36,890 nucleotides of DNA from Clostridia bacterium (lineage in GTDB: Bacteria; Bacillota; Clostridia; Oscillospirales; CAG-382). Positions 1 to 8,493 of the stretch are shown here, piece after piece; position 1 is the first letter of the stretch, and every line of letters begins with the position of its first letter. A program made the position numbers and the translations under genes. Where the stretch lies: assembly GCA_017531625.1 (NCBI GenBank), contig JAFXKQ010000058.1, positions 1 through 36,890 on the forward strand, in the 5' to 3' direction. The notes under the pieces were generated by a model that saw only the letters and a program-made list of their open reading frames with translations, ran no database searches and was not told where the DNA came from.

Positions 1-825
1 GTAGTCGGTGATCGGGTGAAATCCATAAGGAACTGTCGCAGAGAGGTCGTGGGTAACATCAACATTATACCACGCACCATCAATACACACCCGATTCCAT
101 GTGTGTTGAATACTGCGGTTTGTACGTGCATAGCCATCGACGACATAGCAAGGAATACCTTGGCTACGGCAGATGGCGGCGAAGAGGCAGGAGATATCGT
201 AGCACACTCCCGTTTTAGTCCGCAATGTTTTGCCTGTATCGGAATACTGATAAAGGCAATCGTAATCGTAGTCGTAGGTGATGTTTTTGGTCATCCACGT
301 ATATGCCGACATTGCCTTTTCTTCGTCGATATCGCCCGAGACGATTTCATCGTAAAAAAATGTATCCTCGCTTTTCCATAGGATGCCTGCACCATTGCCT
401 AGAGGATCCCGTACCGTTACCGAGAAGGTGATTCCCGTAATGACCAAAATGGCCGAAAACACCGATAGCAGCACGGTATTTGCGATTTTCGTTAAGGGCC
501 TATCCTTGCTGTTTGGACCTGCAATAAGATTCTTGGCAAGCAGAGCGCTTGATACAAAAACAATGTAAAATCCGAGTGGTCTTCTGCAGTAAATGGCGTA
601 AGTTATGGCAAGCAGTAAAACAAGTATATTCAGGGTGTAAGTCACTACTCGCAAGGGCTTTGACTTCATATTGAACAAGAGAAGACTTGTGCAGAGATAT
701 GACAGCACAAGAAAACATATGGGAAGGTTGCTGACGGTCAGAAAGCCCCGATATTGAAAGGTAACATAGCTATTTACAGCAATAAATACAGTAATTAACG
801 TAAGCCATATAAGCTTAATTTTCAT
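1..825 (-). CDS. Membrane-anchored transglutaminase-like domain protein (3' end runs off the window)
   Basis: Absent from the ORF track because there is no stop in the window. Hand translation from ATG at 825 (RBS GGAGGA at 832-837) gives MKIKLIWLTL..., several hydrophobic segments, then triad motifs GVCYD...HTWN...VDVT. Confidence 0.85.
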   Translation of the reverse strand, partial: MKIKLIWLTLITVFIAVNSYVTFQYRGFLTVSNLPICFLVLSYLCTSLLLFNMKSKPLRVVTYTLNILVLLLAITYAIYCRRPLGFYIVFVSSALLAKNLIAGPNSKDRPLTKIANTVLLSVFSAILVITGITFSVTVRDPLGNGAGILWKSEDTFFYDEIVSGDIDEEKAMSAYTWMTKNITYDYDYDCLYQYSDTGKTLRTKTGVCYDISCLFAAICRSQGIPCYVVDGYARTNRSIQHTWNRVCIDGAWYNVDVTHDLSATVPYGFHPITDY

Positions 826-844
826 AGAGAATCCTCCAAAAAAT

Positions 845-886
845 TTAAGCCATTTACACCAATTGCTTTAAGTGTAAATGGCTTAA
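845..886. repeat. Perfect 15-bp inverted repeat TTAAGCCATTTACAC-N12-GTGTAAATGGCTTAA
   Basis: Read directly. Each arm contains the TGGCTTAA motif also found at 954 and 973. Confidence 0.85.
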
Positions 887-1003
887 GATATTTTGGAACT
901 TTGCTCTTGCCATGCCCACTTAAAACCGTAAAAACATACATAATTACATAAATTGGCTTAAATTCGGCGTATTGGCTTAAGCTCTTTGGGGGTCTGAACG
1001 CCC

Positions 1004-1032
1004 CGAAAACCCTTTATTTATGCGGGTTTTCG
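1004..1032. repeat. 9-bp inverted repeat CGAAAACCC/GGGTTTTCG abutting the duplicated lysS tail
   Basis: Arms at 1004-1012 and 1024-1032. Confidence 0.7.
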
Positions 1033-1057
1033 TCAGTCAAGAGGTTTCATTGTGGGG
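1033..1057 (-). repeat. Duplicated lysS 3' end (att-like direct repeat)
   Basis: CCCCACAATGAAACCTCTTGACTGA matches 1755-1779 at 22/25. Both encode PTMKPLD* and the differences are synonymous. Confidence 0.92.
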
Positions 1058-1229
1058 CTCTACCGTTCCAAAGTCCGATAAGTTCGGGTAACACTCGATA
1101 AGTTTCGTTCTCAACCTCTATCATATTGCAAGTGGTCGTGATAACTTCCGATAAGTTAAGATTACGGAACATTTATTGGTTTAAACTGTGGTTTAAAATG
1201 GTTTAACCCCACTATACAAATATTGTAAT

Positions 1230-1628
1230 TTATCTGAGGACAAATTCAGAAATGGTTTTGCAAATCTCTTTGATATCAGAATCTCCCTTAAACTCAAACT
1301 TCACCTTGCCCACGCTCGAAAAATAAAGTTCCAACTCACAGTCTGCGGTGTGCTTATTCCAAAACATTTCACCTGCCCCGACGGTTTCAACGGAATATAC
1401 TTGTATTTTTGAATACGGCATAGATGTGTAGTCCTGTTTTGTACCAGTAAGTCCTTGTACATTTATAGAAATTATTCTTTTATTTGTAAATACAACCTGA
1501 TCTCTAAATCCTTTATATGTAGAAATTATTTTTTCATCCGACACAAGAATCGGACCAACCAACGGTTCTGCAACCGAATCAGAAACTTTTTTTAATTTAA
1601 AAAAAGTCGCATTATTAAAATCAATCAT
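1230..1628 (-). CDS. Bacterial PH domain protein (bPH_1-like)
   Basis: 132 aa with RD-x-VVFTNKRII...QGLTG...S-x-PY-x-KI...SVET signature. RBS GAGGAG upstream. Confidence 0.85.
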   Translation of the reverse strand: MIDFNNATFFKLKKVSDSVAEPLVGPILVSDEKIISTYKGFRDQVVFTNKRIISINVQGLTGTKQDYTSMPYSKIQVYSVETVGAGEMFWNKHTADCELELYFSSVGKVKFEFKGDSDIKEICKTISEFVLR

Positions 1629-1754
1629 TTTGCAAATCTCCTCTGCATTATAATCCTAAAATATCCTTCTTTTTGCATCACTTGGTTTAAATTTTGATTT
1701 AACCTTATTTAGCAACCCAAGATACCGTAAGATATCTTGGGTTATCGTAACTTA

Positions 1755-3263
1755 TCAGTCCAAAGGCTTCATTGTGGGGAACAAAAGGACATCTCTTATG
1801 GATGCGCTGTCGGTGAGGAGCATTACAAGACGGTCAACGCCGAAGCCAAGTCCGCCCGTAGGAGGAAGACCGTATTCAAGGGCGGTGATGTAATCATAAT
1901 CCACCTGTGCGCGGCAACCGGGTTCTTGTGCTTTTCTTTCTGCTACCTGACGCTCAAAGCGTTCCTTCTGATCGATGGGGTCATTAAGCTCGGAGAACGC
2001 GTTTCCGAATTCCGTTGCGTTGATAAAGTACTCAAATCTTTCGGTAAACGCAGGGTTTGAGGGTTTACGCTTTGCAAGCGGGCTATTCTCAACGGGGTAA
2101 TCATAAATAAACGTGGGCTGAATGAGGTTCTCCTCAACAAACGCGTCAAAGAACTCAACAAGGATTGCCCCCTTGGTCTTAACGGCGGGAAGCTCAACAT
2201 GCTTTTCCTTAGCGATGGCGATAGCCTCTTCGTCCGTAGCGATGGCGTCGAAATCAACGCCCGAATACTTCTTGACTGCCTCAACCATGGTGAGTCTTTC
2301 CCAATGTGAAAGGTCGATTTCCTTGCCTTGATAATTAATGTTAAGCGTACCGCAAACCTTCATTGCGACGGTCTTCATCATTTCCTCAACCAAGTCCATC
2401 ATGCCGTGGTAGTCGGTGTACGCCTGATAAAGCTCGATGGAAGTAAACTCCGGATTGTGCTTGGTGTCCATACCCTCGTTTCTGAAGATACGGCCAACCT
2501 CGTAGACCTTATCCATACCGCCTACAACAAGACGCTTAAGGTAAAGCTCGGTCTCGATTCTGAGCACCATATCCATATCAAGGGTGTTATGGTGAGTATA
2601 GAAAGGACGTGCAGAGGCGCCTATTTCAAAGGGAGTAAGAATAGGCGTATCAACCTCCAAAAATCCCTTGGAGTCAAGGAAAGAACGAAGCTCACGCAAA
2701 ATAAGAGAACGCTTTACAAAGGTATCCTTAACCTCGGGGTTAACGATAAGGTCAACGTATCTTTGGCGGTAACGCATGTCTGTATTGGTCAGTCCGTGAT
2801 ACTTTTCGGGAAGCGGGAGCAAAGCCTTTGAGAGGAGCATAATTTCCTTAGCGTGTACGGAAATTTCACCTCTGCGTGTGCGAAACACAAATCCCTTTAC
2901 GCCGACAATGTCACCGATGTCCCAGGTCTTAAACTCGGCAAAGGCTTCCTCACCTATCTCGTCACGCTTAACGTAGATCTGGATTCTTCCGCTGCCGTCA
3001 GCGATGTCAATAAAATTAGCCTTACCCATGTCACGCCAGGAAAGGATTCTGCCTGCGATGGAAACATCCTTTTCCTCAAACTCTTCAAACTTCTCCTTTA
3101 TGGGGAGAACCTCAGTAGTTCTCTCGTACTTGGTAATTTCATAAGGGTCTGCACCAACGCTCTTGAGCTTGTCAAGCTTCTGACGGCGAAGAAGCATCTG
3201 CTCGCTTAAACCTTGACCTTCTTCAACCATTTCTTCAACTGTATTATTAACGTTGTTGTCCAT
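1755..3263 (-). CDS. lysS: Lysine--tRNA ligase (class II)
   Basis: RYRQRYVDL, YEVGRIFRNEG, HNPEFT, YGLPPTGGLGFGVDRL, IRDVLLFP. Confidence 0.99.
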   Translation of the reverse strand: MDNNVNNTVEEMVEEGQGLSEQMLLRRQKLDKLKSVGADPYEITKYERTTEVLPIKEKFEEFEEKDVSIAGRILSWRDMGKANFIDIADGSGRIQIYVKRDEIGEEAFAEFKTWDIGDIVGVKGFVFRTRRGEISVHAKEIMLLSKALLPLPEKYHGLTNTDMRYRQRYVDLIVNPEVKDTFVKRSLILRELRSFLDSKGFLEVDTPILTPFEIGASARPFYTHHNTLDMDMVLRIETELYLKRLVVGGMDKVYEVGRIFRNEGMDTKHNPEFTSIELYQAYTDYHGMMDLVEEMMKTVAMKVCGTLNINYQGKEIDLSHWERLTMVEAVKKYSGVDFDAIATDEEAIAIAKEKHVELPAVKTKGAILVEFFDAFVEENLIQPTFIYDYPVENSPLAKRKPSNPAFTERFEYFINATEFGNAFSELNDPIDQKERFERQVAERKAQEPGCRAQVDYDYITALEYGLPPTGGLGFGVDRLVMLLTDSASIRDVLLFPTMKPLD

Positions 3264-3293
3264 AAAAACTGTTTCTCCTCTGTTTTGTTACAA

Positions 3294-3761
3294 TTACTTT
3301 GAAATACCTACAACTTCAACTGTCAGATTTCCGGTAGGAATCTCAACTACCTTGCTTTCGCCGATACGCATTCCGATGAGCGCCTTACCGATGGGGGACT
3401 CGTCAGAAATCTTGAGCTTAAGCGGGTCAGCCTCAGTAGAACCGACAATGGTATACTCGCATTCTCTGCCGTTAGACTTAACCTGAACTTTACAACCGAT
3501 GCTTACAGCGTCAGTCTTTATGTTCTTGTCGTCAAGAATAACTGCGTGCTTTATATTTTCTTCAAGCTGAGCGATACGGGTTTCAACCTCAGCCTGCTCT
3601 TTTTTCGCCTCATCATATTCGCTGTTCTCGGAGAGGTCACCGTACTCTCTCGCCTTCTTGATAGCAAGCTTAATTTCGGTACGTTTCACGGTTTTGAGGA
3701 ATTCAAGCTCCTCCTGCATCTTGTTAAAACCTTCCTGAGATACTACTACCTGCTTTGCCAT
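3294..3761 (-). CDS. greA: Transcription elongation factor GreA
   Basis: GDLSENSEYDEAK and ISDESPIGKAL. Usual greA-lysS order. Confidence 0.98.
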   Translation of the reverse strand: MAKQVVVSQEGFNKMQEELEFLKTVKRTEIKLAIKKAREYGDLSENSEYDEAKKEQAEVETRIAQLEENIKHAVILDDKNIKTDAVSIGCKVQVKSNGRECEYTIVGSTEADPLKLKISDESPIGKALIGMRIGESKVVEIPTGNLTVEVVGISK

Positions 3762-3876
3762 AACTGTGTCCTCCGTAAATTTATTGTTAATGATAAATCT
3801 ATTCTTAAGTTTTTATAAAAAGACGGTCAAACCGTGCCGACTTCAAAACCGAAAACCTCTAAGCTTAAAACTCCTG

Positions 3877-5214
3877 TTATTCACCGACTTCAAGCGCTTC
3901 AATAGCGGCTTGAAGCTGAACATCCTCTTCCATGGGAACCTTAAATCGGTCCACGCCTTCCTCAAACGCCTTTTCTATGTCGGGAACAATGCCATCACCG
4001 TTATAACCGTCGCTGAATGGAGGGTAATAATAACTGCTGGTAAGCTTGATTACGCCACCGTCGCTCAAGTTATAAAAGGACTGCATGCTTCCCTTGCCGA
4101 AAGTGGTTTCTCCCACTAAAACAGCCTTTTTGTAATCCCTCAACGCCGCCGCAAACAACTCGCCTGCCGAAGCGGTGGAGCCGTTTACGATAACAGCCAT
4201 GGGGGCATCAAGAATGAACTCTGCATCAGACTTAATCCCGCCTTCTTTGCCGTCCTTGTCCACCCAACGAATAATCGGACCTTCGGGAAGCAACATGTCA
4301 AGCACACTGCAAACAGAATTAAGATAACCGCCCGAATTGTTACGCACGTCAAAGATGTACTTTTCAGCACCGTCAGTCTTCGAAGCTTCTACGGCAGCCT
4401 TGAACTCTTCGGGAGTGTTGCTTGCAAGTCCTGTAATCTTAAAGTAAGCCACTTTACCGTCAAGCATCTCATACTCAACGGATTTGATTTCGTAATCGCC
4501 TCGGATTATTTCCAAAACAAGCTCTTCACTACCGCGTAAAACCGTAATCTTAACAGCGGTACCGCTTTCTCCGCTTATGGCTGCAGTCGCATTTTCTGCG
4601 CCTAACTCCTCTATGGAAGTTCCGTCAACTGCGGTAATGTAGTCACCGACCAGCACCCCTGCCTTCTCTGCGGGGGAATCCTTGAGCACCTGGTAAACGT
4701 AAATGGTGTCCTCAACCGAGTTAATGGAAACACGTACACCTATGCCTTTTTTGGAACCGTAGTTTCCGTCAATAAACTGCTTGCTCTCTTCAGCCGACAT
4801 GTACTGCATGTATCTGTCGCCCGAAGCGAAGGTGTAACCTTGAATTGCACCGTACAGCAGGTTTTCGTCATTGATTTCTCCTACGTAGTGCTCTCTCACC
4901 ACCTCGTCGATTTCAAAGAGAATCCCAAACCGTTCTTCCACGTCTTGGTACTTCTTTTCCGCCGCAACCAAGGCGTTGTTTACTGCTAGTCTTTGCGAAT
5001 CTGCGTAACGGTTGGTAAGGTAAATTCCGCAAACAAGGACGCTCACCACCGCAGTAAAAATGCAACTCCAAATGCAAGCGGTAAGGCTTACACTTCTGCC
5101 ATTTTTCGCCGAGCCGGAATCGGGCTCATGCTGACCGTCCTTGGTCTGTTCTTCGTTGTCTGCGTTTTCATCGGCGGCGGAATTCTCCGTCACCTCAAGC
5201 TTGTTTTCATCCAT
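3877..5214 (-). CDS. S41 family C-terminal processing protease (TM, PDZ, S41)
   Basis: GIGV PDZ motif, DVRNNSGG, TASAGE, GETTFGKGSMQ, GIVPD. Confidence 0.93.
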   Translation of the reverse strand: MDENKLEVTENSAADENADNEEQTKDGQHEPDSGSAKNGRSVSLTACIWSCIFTAVVSVLVCGIYLTNRYADSQRLAVNNALVAAEKKYQDVEERFGILFEIDEVVREHYVGEINDENLLYGAIQGYTFASGDRYMQYMSAEESKQFIDGNYGSKKGIGVRVSINSVEDTIYVYQVLKDSPAEKAGVLVGDYITAVDGTSIEELGAENATAAISGESGTAVKITVLRGSEELVLEIIRGDYEIKSVEYEMLDGKVAYFKITGLASNTPEEFKAAVEASKTDGAEKYIFDVRNNSGGYLNSVCSVLDMLLPEGPIIRWVDKDGKEGGIKSDAEFILDAPMAVIVNGSTASAGELFAAALRDYKKAVLVGETTFGKGSMQSFYNLSDGGVIKLTSSYYYPPFSDGYNGDGIVPDIEKAFEEGVDRFKVPMEEDVQLQAAIEALEVGE

Positions 5215-5349
5215 GTGAAATGCCCTCTCCCAAGGCGTGTAAGGCTAAACCGAAACTTCGGTAAATTTCAAAACTGTGTTAATTCAGTTAAAGTCAACAA
5301 CTCAAGCAATTCCGTCAACTAAACTTTGACGTTTCGTTAAGTGCCCTGC

Positions 5350-6552
5350 TTAGTCCAGGTAACTTTTGGGCAGATAATCCTCAGGGTCAACATAACCGCC
5401 GTCCTTAGTCACCGCAAAATGCAAATGGTAACCGCTGGACATCCCCGTAGTGCCAACCTTAGCAATGACCTGGTCCTGCAACACCGTAGCACCTGCGGAA
5501 ACGAGCAAGCTGTCGCAATGAGCGTAAATCGTAGTCAAACCGTTGGCGTGAGCGATGAACACCACGTTTCCGAAAGCGCCTCTCATGCCGGAGTATGTAA
5601 CCACGCCACCCGCAACCGCATGGATGGGCGTACCTCTGGACGCTACCAGATCCAAGCCGTTGTGATGCTCATAATCCGTGAAAGGACCGTCTGTACGAAT
5701 GCCGAATCTCGAACTTATTCTGTACTTCGTATTAGACGAGAAGGGCCACGAAAACTCCGAATCGCTGTAAGCCAATTTTTCTTCGATCTGTTTTTGAAGC
5801 TCTTCGATTTCTTTACGGATCTCGTCCTCAAGTTTGGAGTAACCGTCAATTTCCTGCTGTGTGTACTGCAAGCCGGAGGAAGACGATTCAATTAGTGTGT
5901 CAAGCTCCGCCGTTTTGTTAAGCTGTTCCATACGGCTTATTTCAAGTGATGCGCCGTAAGCCTCAAGCTTGGTCTGAGCATCAACGTACTGCTCCTTGGT
6001 AACAGCCATCTCGTCAATGGTGGAATTGATGCCCGAAATCATTTTATCGTTGTATTCAAGTATATGCGTAGTGAAATCCACCATAACAAGGTAATCCCCA
6101 AAGCTTTCGGCAGAGATCAAAAGCTCTAAAGCAGATGCATCACCGTTTTTGTAAAGGTACTCAACCACCGTGCCGAAATCGTCAAGCTCTCTTTGAAGCT
6201 CGCGTTCAAGCTGAAGCGTTTTTTCTTCCGAAGAACTGATGACCTCGTTGTACTCGTCCACGAGGGTCTGAGTAAGCGAAATCTCGTCATTGAGGTAAGT
6301 AATCTGCTGTTCAAGCTGGATTTTTTGCGAAAGAAGGGTCTGGAGCTGACCCTGAGCGCTGTTTATCTCGTCTTTGAGAATGCTCTGATTGTTTTTAAGA
6401 TTTTTAAGCTTTTCTTCGAGTTGTGCCAGATGTTGTTTGTCTTCATAAATGCTGGAAGCCGCTTCGGAAACAATTCCCTGCCCAATCTGTAACGTAAGCA
6501 CGCTCACGCACATAACCAGACAAAGAAGCAACAAAACAAGCTTTCTTTTCAT
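5350..6552 (-). CDS. Secreted coiled-coil M23 peptidase (EnvC-like FtsEX partner)
   Basis: Signal peptide, long coiled coil, HNGLD and HLHF zinc motifs. Follows ftsX. Confidence 0.93.
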   Translation of the reverse strand: MKRKLVLLLLCLVMCVSVLTLQIGQGIVSEAASSIYEDKQHLAQLEEKLKNLKNNQSILKDEINSAQGQLQTLLSQKIQLEQQITYLNDEISLTQTLVDEYNEVISSSEEKTLQLERELQRELDDFGTVVEYLYKNGDASALELLISAESFGDYLVMVDFTTHILEYNDKMISGINSTIDEMAVTKEQYVDAQTKLEAYGASLEISRMEQLNKTAELDTLIESSSSGLQYTQQEIDGYSKLEDEIRKEIEELQKQIEEKLAYSDSEFSWPFSSNTKYRISSRFGIRTDGPFTDYEHHNGLDLVASRGTPIHAVAGGVVTYSGMRGAFGNVVFIAHANGLTTIYAHCDSLLVSAGATVLQDQVIAKVGTTGMSSGYHLHFAVTKDGGYVDPEDYLPKSYLD

Positions 6553-6624
6553 AATCAGAACCCTCTCATTTTAAAGAAACGCCACACGCCGACCAAAACG
6601 CCGTTCAAACCTCGAAAAAGAGGT

Positions 6625-7518
6625 TTAAACATTCAAATGTTTCTTGACGCAAATGGAACTTGCAACCACGCCGGAAAAGATTCCGATAGCCAGGAACGCA
6701 AGTGCGATAATAACAAGGTAGTCATTAACAAAGGAACCTAAGATAGCCGTACCGCCGTAGGTCCCCACCATGTCGACGGTGATTTCGTAAAGGCAGAATT
6801 GAATCCCCAAGGCAATAACAGCAGAAACGATGCCGATGATAACGCCCTCAACAATAAAAGGCGCAATAACAAAGGCACTCGTAGCGCCAATGTAACGCAT
6901 TATGGCGATCTCCTGTCTTCTTGAGTAGACCGTAAGCTTAACCGTGTTCATAATAACAAGTATAGCCACAACAAACAGGATTACCATAATCCAAATCCCA
7001 ATAACACGGAAAAGGGATTTAAGACGGTTTGCACCCTCGTAAACGCTGATTTGGCTTTTAACCTCATCAATGCCTGTTATGGCGTTCAAATCTCTGATAA
7101 TGGAGTGAACCTCGTCAAAATCCGAAAACTCCACTTTAAAGGTGTGTGGCACGGGATTGGTCTCAGAATCGTAACGGTTAAGAATCTCCTTAATGGAAGG
7201 AGCTCTCTCCTTAAGCGCTTCGAGACCCTCATCGCTTGTGACCTGAGTATAAGCGCTGACGTGTTCAATCTTGCTTATTTGTTCTTCGATTCCCCTTATG
7301 TCCTCTTCCCCTGCGCCGTTCATAACGTAGGCGTTGATAACGTAAAGGTCGTCTATGCCTTCAAGAAAGCGGTCAATGTTATCAATCAGAAGGAAAAAGG
7401 TGCCGGGAAGAATCATGCAAAAGATAAGCACCGCAATGGAAGCGGTGGTCATGGCACCGTTTCGGAAAAAGCTTATAAACCCTTGGGAAATGAGGTGAGG
7501 AATGCTTCTTATTTTCAT
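6625..7518 (-). CDS. ftsX: Cell division permease FtsX
   Basis: NTVKLTVYSRRQEIAIMRYIGAT...PFIVEG. Overlaps ftsE by 4 bp. Confidence 0.95.
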   Translation of the reverse strand: MKIRSIPHLISQGFISFFRNGAMTTASIAVLIFCMILPGTFFLLIDNIDRFLEGIDDLYVINAYVMNGAGEEDIRGIEEQISKIEHVSAYTQVTSDEGLEALKERAPSIKEILNRYDSETNPVPHTFKVEFSDFDEVHSIIRDLNAITGIDEVKSQISVYEGANRLKSLFRVIGIWIMVILFVVAILVIMNTVKLTVYSRRQEIAIMRYIGATSAFVIAPFIVEGVIIGIVSAVIALGIQFCLYEITVDMVGTYGGTAILGSFVNDYLVIIALAFLAIGIFSGVVASSICVKKHLNV

Positions 7519-8279
7519 TCTGCAACACCTCCGTTATTTTCAGTTTTTTCTGAGTCTGTGTCCCTTGAATGCTGAACGTAGGGAGCTTCGTACTGTTCAA
7601 CGTGCTCCACATTTATTCCCACTCTGTCGGAAACGATCTTACCGTTTTCGAGGGTGATAACACGCTTTTTGTAGTAGTTTACCAAATCCCAGTCGTGCGT
7701 AACCACGATAACGGTCTTACCCAGCTTGTTTATTCTTACCAAAAGATTGAGAATGTCACGGCTCATTTCGGGGTCCACGTTACCGGTAGGCTCGTCCGCA
7801 ATGATGATCTGCGGGTTATTAGCCAGGGCACGGGCAAAAGCAACCCTCTGCTGTTCACCGCCCGAGAGCTCGTCGGGGAAGCGGTCAGCCTTGTCGGTAA
7901 GCTCCGCAAGGTTCAAAAAATAAGGGACTCTCTTCCTGATAACCGAAACCTTTTCTCCAACGACACGCATGGCAAACGCCACGTTCTCGTAGACGGTCTT
8001 GTTCTTAAACAATCTGAAATCCTGAAAAACAACGCCCATTGTACGCCTGAGATAAGGAATCTTCCTTGCAGGCATACGGTCGAGTCTGAAATTGTTGACG
8101 GTGAGACGTCCGCTTGTAATGCGTTCTTCACGGAGCAAAAGCTTTGTAAGAGTGGTCTTACCTGCGCCCGAGCGTCCGACTATAAAAACGAACTCGCCGT
8201 CTTCGATGCGAAGGCTCACTCGGTCAAGAGCCTCCGTGCCGTTTGGGTAGGCCATTGAAACGTCCTGGAATTCAATCAT
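7515..8279 (-). CDS. ftsE: Cell division ATP-binding protein FtsE
   Basis: [37 protein letters not shown]. Confidence 0.97.
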   Translation of the reverse strand: MIEFQDVSMAYPNGTEALDRVSLRIEDGEFVFIVGRSGAGKTTLTKLLLREERITSGRLTVNNFRLDRMPARKIPYLRRTMGVVFQDFRLFKNKTVYENVAFAMRVVGEKVSVIRKRVPYFLNLAELTDKADRFPDELSGGEQQRVAFARALANNPQIIIADEPTGNVDPEMSRDILNLLVRINKLGKTVIVVTHDWDLVNYYKKRVITLENGKIVSDRVGINVEHVEQYEAPYVQHSRDTDSEKTENNGGVAE

Positions 8280-8493
8280 CTTTCAAATTACCTCAAAAAA
8301 ACAGCCTGTAAATAAAACCAAGATTGCATCAAAGCTCCCCAAAAGAACTTTCCGGGAAGCTCGGAATCAACAAGTGATTGCACGTAATTAAACGTAACAA
8401 ATGTCTGCTTAAATCAAATCTGTAACAACTCAGTAAGGTGTGCGTCTGAGAAAAACTCACCCGGCCGACGCAACCAACCGCAGCGTTACCTCA

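Larger units (their letters stand above)
1033..1779. mobile_element. Non-autonomous one-gene integrative element (CIME-like mini-cassette) at the lysS 3' end
   Basis: Direct repeats 722 bp apart. TGGTTTAA motifs at 1177, 1189, 1199, 1683 and TGATTTAA at 1695. GATAAG-like arrays with 10-bp spacing at both ends. AT-rich, one cargo gene, no integrase. Confidence 0.8.

Noticed and set aside
16-718. Track ORFs 16-381, 383-568 and 500-718
   Set aside because: They overlap the better-supported 1-825 minus-strand gene, which has an RBS and catalytic motifs.
1077-1206. Short repeats considered as a CRISPR array or replication iterons
   Set aside because: Units are 6-9 bp with no unique spacers and no cas or rep gene. 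Their position next to the att-like repeats explains them better.
8380-8430. TGTTAC motifs upstream of ftsE as a WalR-type box
   Set aside because: Two copies are present but not in the canonical N5 direct-repeat spacing.
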